Source of the DNA: Candidatus Saccharimonadota bacterium
GTDB taxonomy: Bacteria > Patescibacteriota > Saccharimonadia > Saccharimonadales > UBA4665
Direction: 5' to 3'
Assembly: GCA_016699955.1 (NCBI GenBank)
Contig: CP064993.1
Coordinates: forward strand, 960,001 to 992,000
DNA: 32,000 nucleotides
In this document: positions 31,299 to 32,000 of the stretch, in pieces
Position numbering within the stretch: position 1 is the first letter of the stretch
How the letters are laid out: each line of letters starts with the position of its first letter
Notes under the pieces: model-generated
Database searches by the model: none
What the model saw: the letters and a program-made list of their open reading frames with translations, nothing else
What the model was told of the DNA's origin: nothing
Made by a program: the position numbers and the translations under genes

Positions 31299-31717
31299 TA
31301 TTTAGCCTCCTTTTTGCCAACAAGTTTCTTGAGGCCTTTAACCTTCGGCTTGTCACTTGTTTTAGATTCGGTTTTCTTGGCTTTTTCGGCGGCTTTTGCC
31401 TCTTTGGCAATTTCTTCTTCGGCAGCTGCAAAGAACGGTAGATGGCTGCCAGCGGCTAGGGTCACATAGGCCTTCCGGAGGTCGGCTTGAACGCCCTTGC
31501 GGTTACTACTACGCTTACCAGTTGTGTTCATAACGCGCTTTACTTTGCCTGGTCGATTCACAACACGCACTCGTTTTACGCTGACGTTAAACTGCTTCTC
31601 TACAGCATCGGCAATTTCGTGTTTGTTGAGACCACTTGGGACATCGACTGCAAATGTATTAGTCAACTGGCTTAGCCCAAAAGCTTTTTCGCTTAAGCGA
31701 GGTTTTACAAAATGCAT
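31298..31717 (-). CDS. rplW: 50S ribosomal protein L23 (with Lys/Ala-rich tail)
   Basis: 139 aa. L23 core (FAVDVPSGLNKHEIADAVEKQFNVSVKRVRVVN) plus a tail of about 40 aa. Confidence 0.9.
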   Translation of the reverse strand: MHFVKPRLSEKAFGLSQLTNTFAVDVPSGLNKHEIADAVEKQFNVSVKRVRVVNRPGKVKRVMNTTGKRSSNRKGVQADLRKAYVTLAAGSHLPFFAAAEEEIAKEAKAAEKAKKTESKTSDKPKVKGLKKLVGKKEAK

Positions 31718-31718
31718 A

Positions 31719-32000
31719 TTATTTTACCTCAGCTTTCTGTACTGGCTTTAGCCAAGTTTCAACCGCTTTTAGGGCGTCATTGGTTATGACAATGTGATCA
31801 GCATTCATAATGTCAAAGACATTCAAATACGTTGCGCTTACCAGCATGACGTTTTGCAGGTTGGCAGTAGCATTGACCAGCTCTGCTGTCTTTGTGTCAA
31901 CAACTACTAAGGCATCACGGGTCACACCAACTTTGGCCAAAAGCTTAGCCATATCGGCAGTCTTGCCTTCTTTGCTCGCCAGCTTTTCCATCACAATAAG
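31719..32000 (-). CDS. rplD: 50S ribosomal protein L4, C-terminal part (gene continues beyond the window edge)
   Basis: The frame is open to position 32000. Its position is upstream of rplW. The C-terminal L4-like sequence is ...LVVVDTKTAELVNATANLQNV. Confidence 0.85.
   Translation of the reverse strand, partial: LIVMEKLASKEGKTADMAKLLAKVGVTRDALVVVDTKTAELVNATANLQNVMLVSATYLNVFDIMNADHIVITNDALKAVETWLKPVQKAEVK

Overview
The window looks like a small-genome bacterium using the standard genetic code. tRNA-Trp carries anticodon CCA, and TGA is used as a stop. About two thirds of the window (12.2-32.0 kb) is one minus-strand block. It starts with a nearly complete S10/spc/alpha ribosomal super-operon: partial rplD through rplQ, running straight into rplM-rpsI. 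After that come two poorly characterised genes, a small Cys-containing ORF, trpS-rluD-holB and a TPR protein. Further downstream on the same strand are a tRNA-Thr/Tyr/Thr cluster and rpmG. The left third holds several units. There is a tRNA-Trp with its own promoter and terminator, plus decayed partial copies of its 3' part. There is a conserved Cys-motif protein of unknown function. A compact oxidative pentose-phosphate operon (pgl-gnd-zwf) follows. Next comes a roughly 1.3 kb IS element with an intact DDE (rve-type) transposase. Last is an alpha-glucan module: a GT4/5 glycogen-synthase-like gene, a GH57 gene and a GH15 gene. By inference only, several traits fit Patescibacteria/CPR, possibly Saccharibacteria-like. 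These are: no rpmD (L30) between rpsE and rplO, no adk or map after secY, Cys-less L36 and L33, and Lys/Ala-rich tails on several ribosomal proteins. The most unusual signal I found concerns three abnormally long spacers inside the ribosomal operon: rplB/rpsS, rpmC/rpsQ and rpsN/rpsH. Each is exactly filled by an ATG-initiated micro-ORF of 21, 33 or 28 codons. Each micro-ORF starts on or next to the upstream stop codon, and its own stop overlaps the downstream start (TAATG, TAATG, ATGA). This could be an unannotated set of micro-proteins or a translational relay. Other candidates include a promoter-to-terminator structured sRNA of about 185 nt between tRNA-Thr and rpmG. Leaderless-type promoter geometry appears at rpmG, trpS and a membrane-protein gene. 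A perfect 12-bp long-range stem covers the rpmJ start. Two further operon spacers (rplO/secY and rpsH/rplF) remain unexplained. No CRISPR array and no recognisable defence system were seen. All homology calls rest on motif recognition by eye, because no searches could be run.
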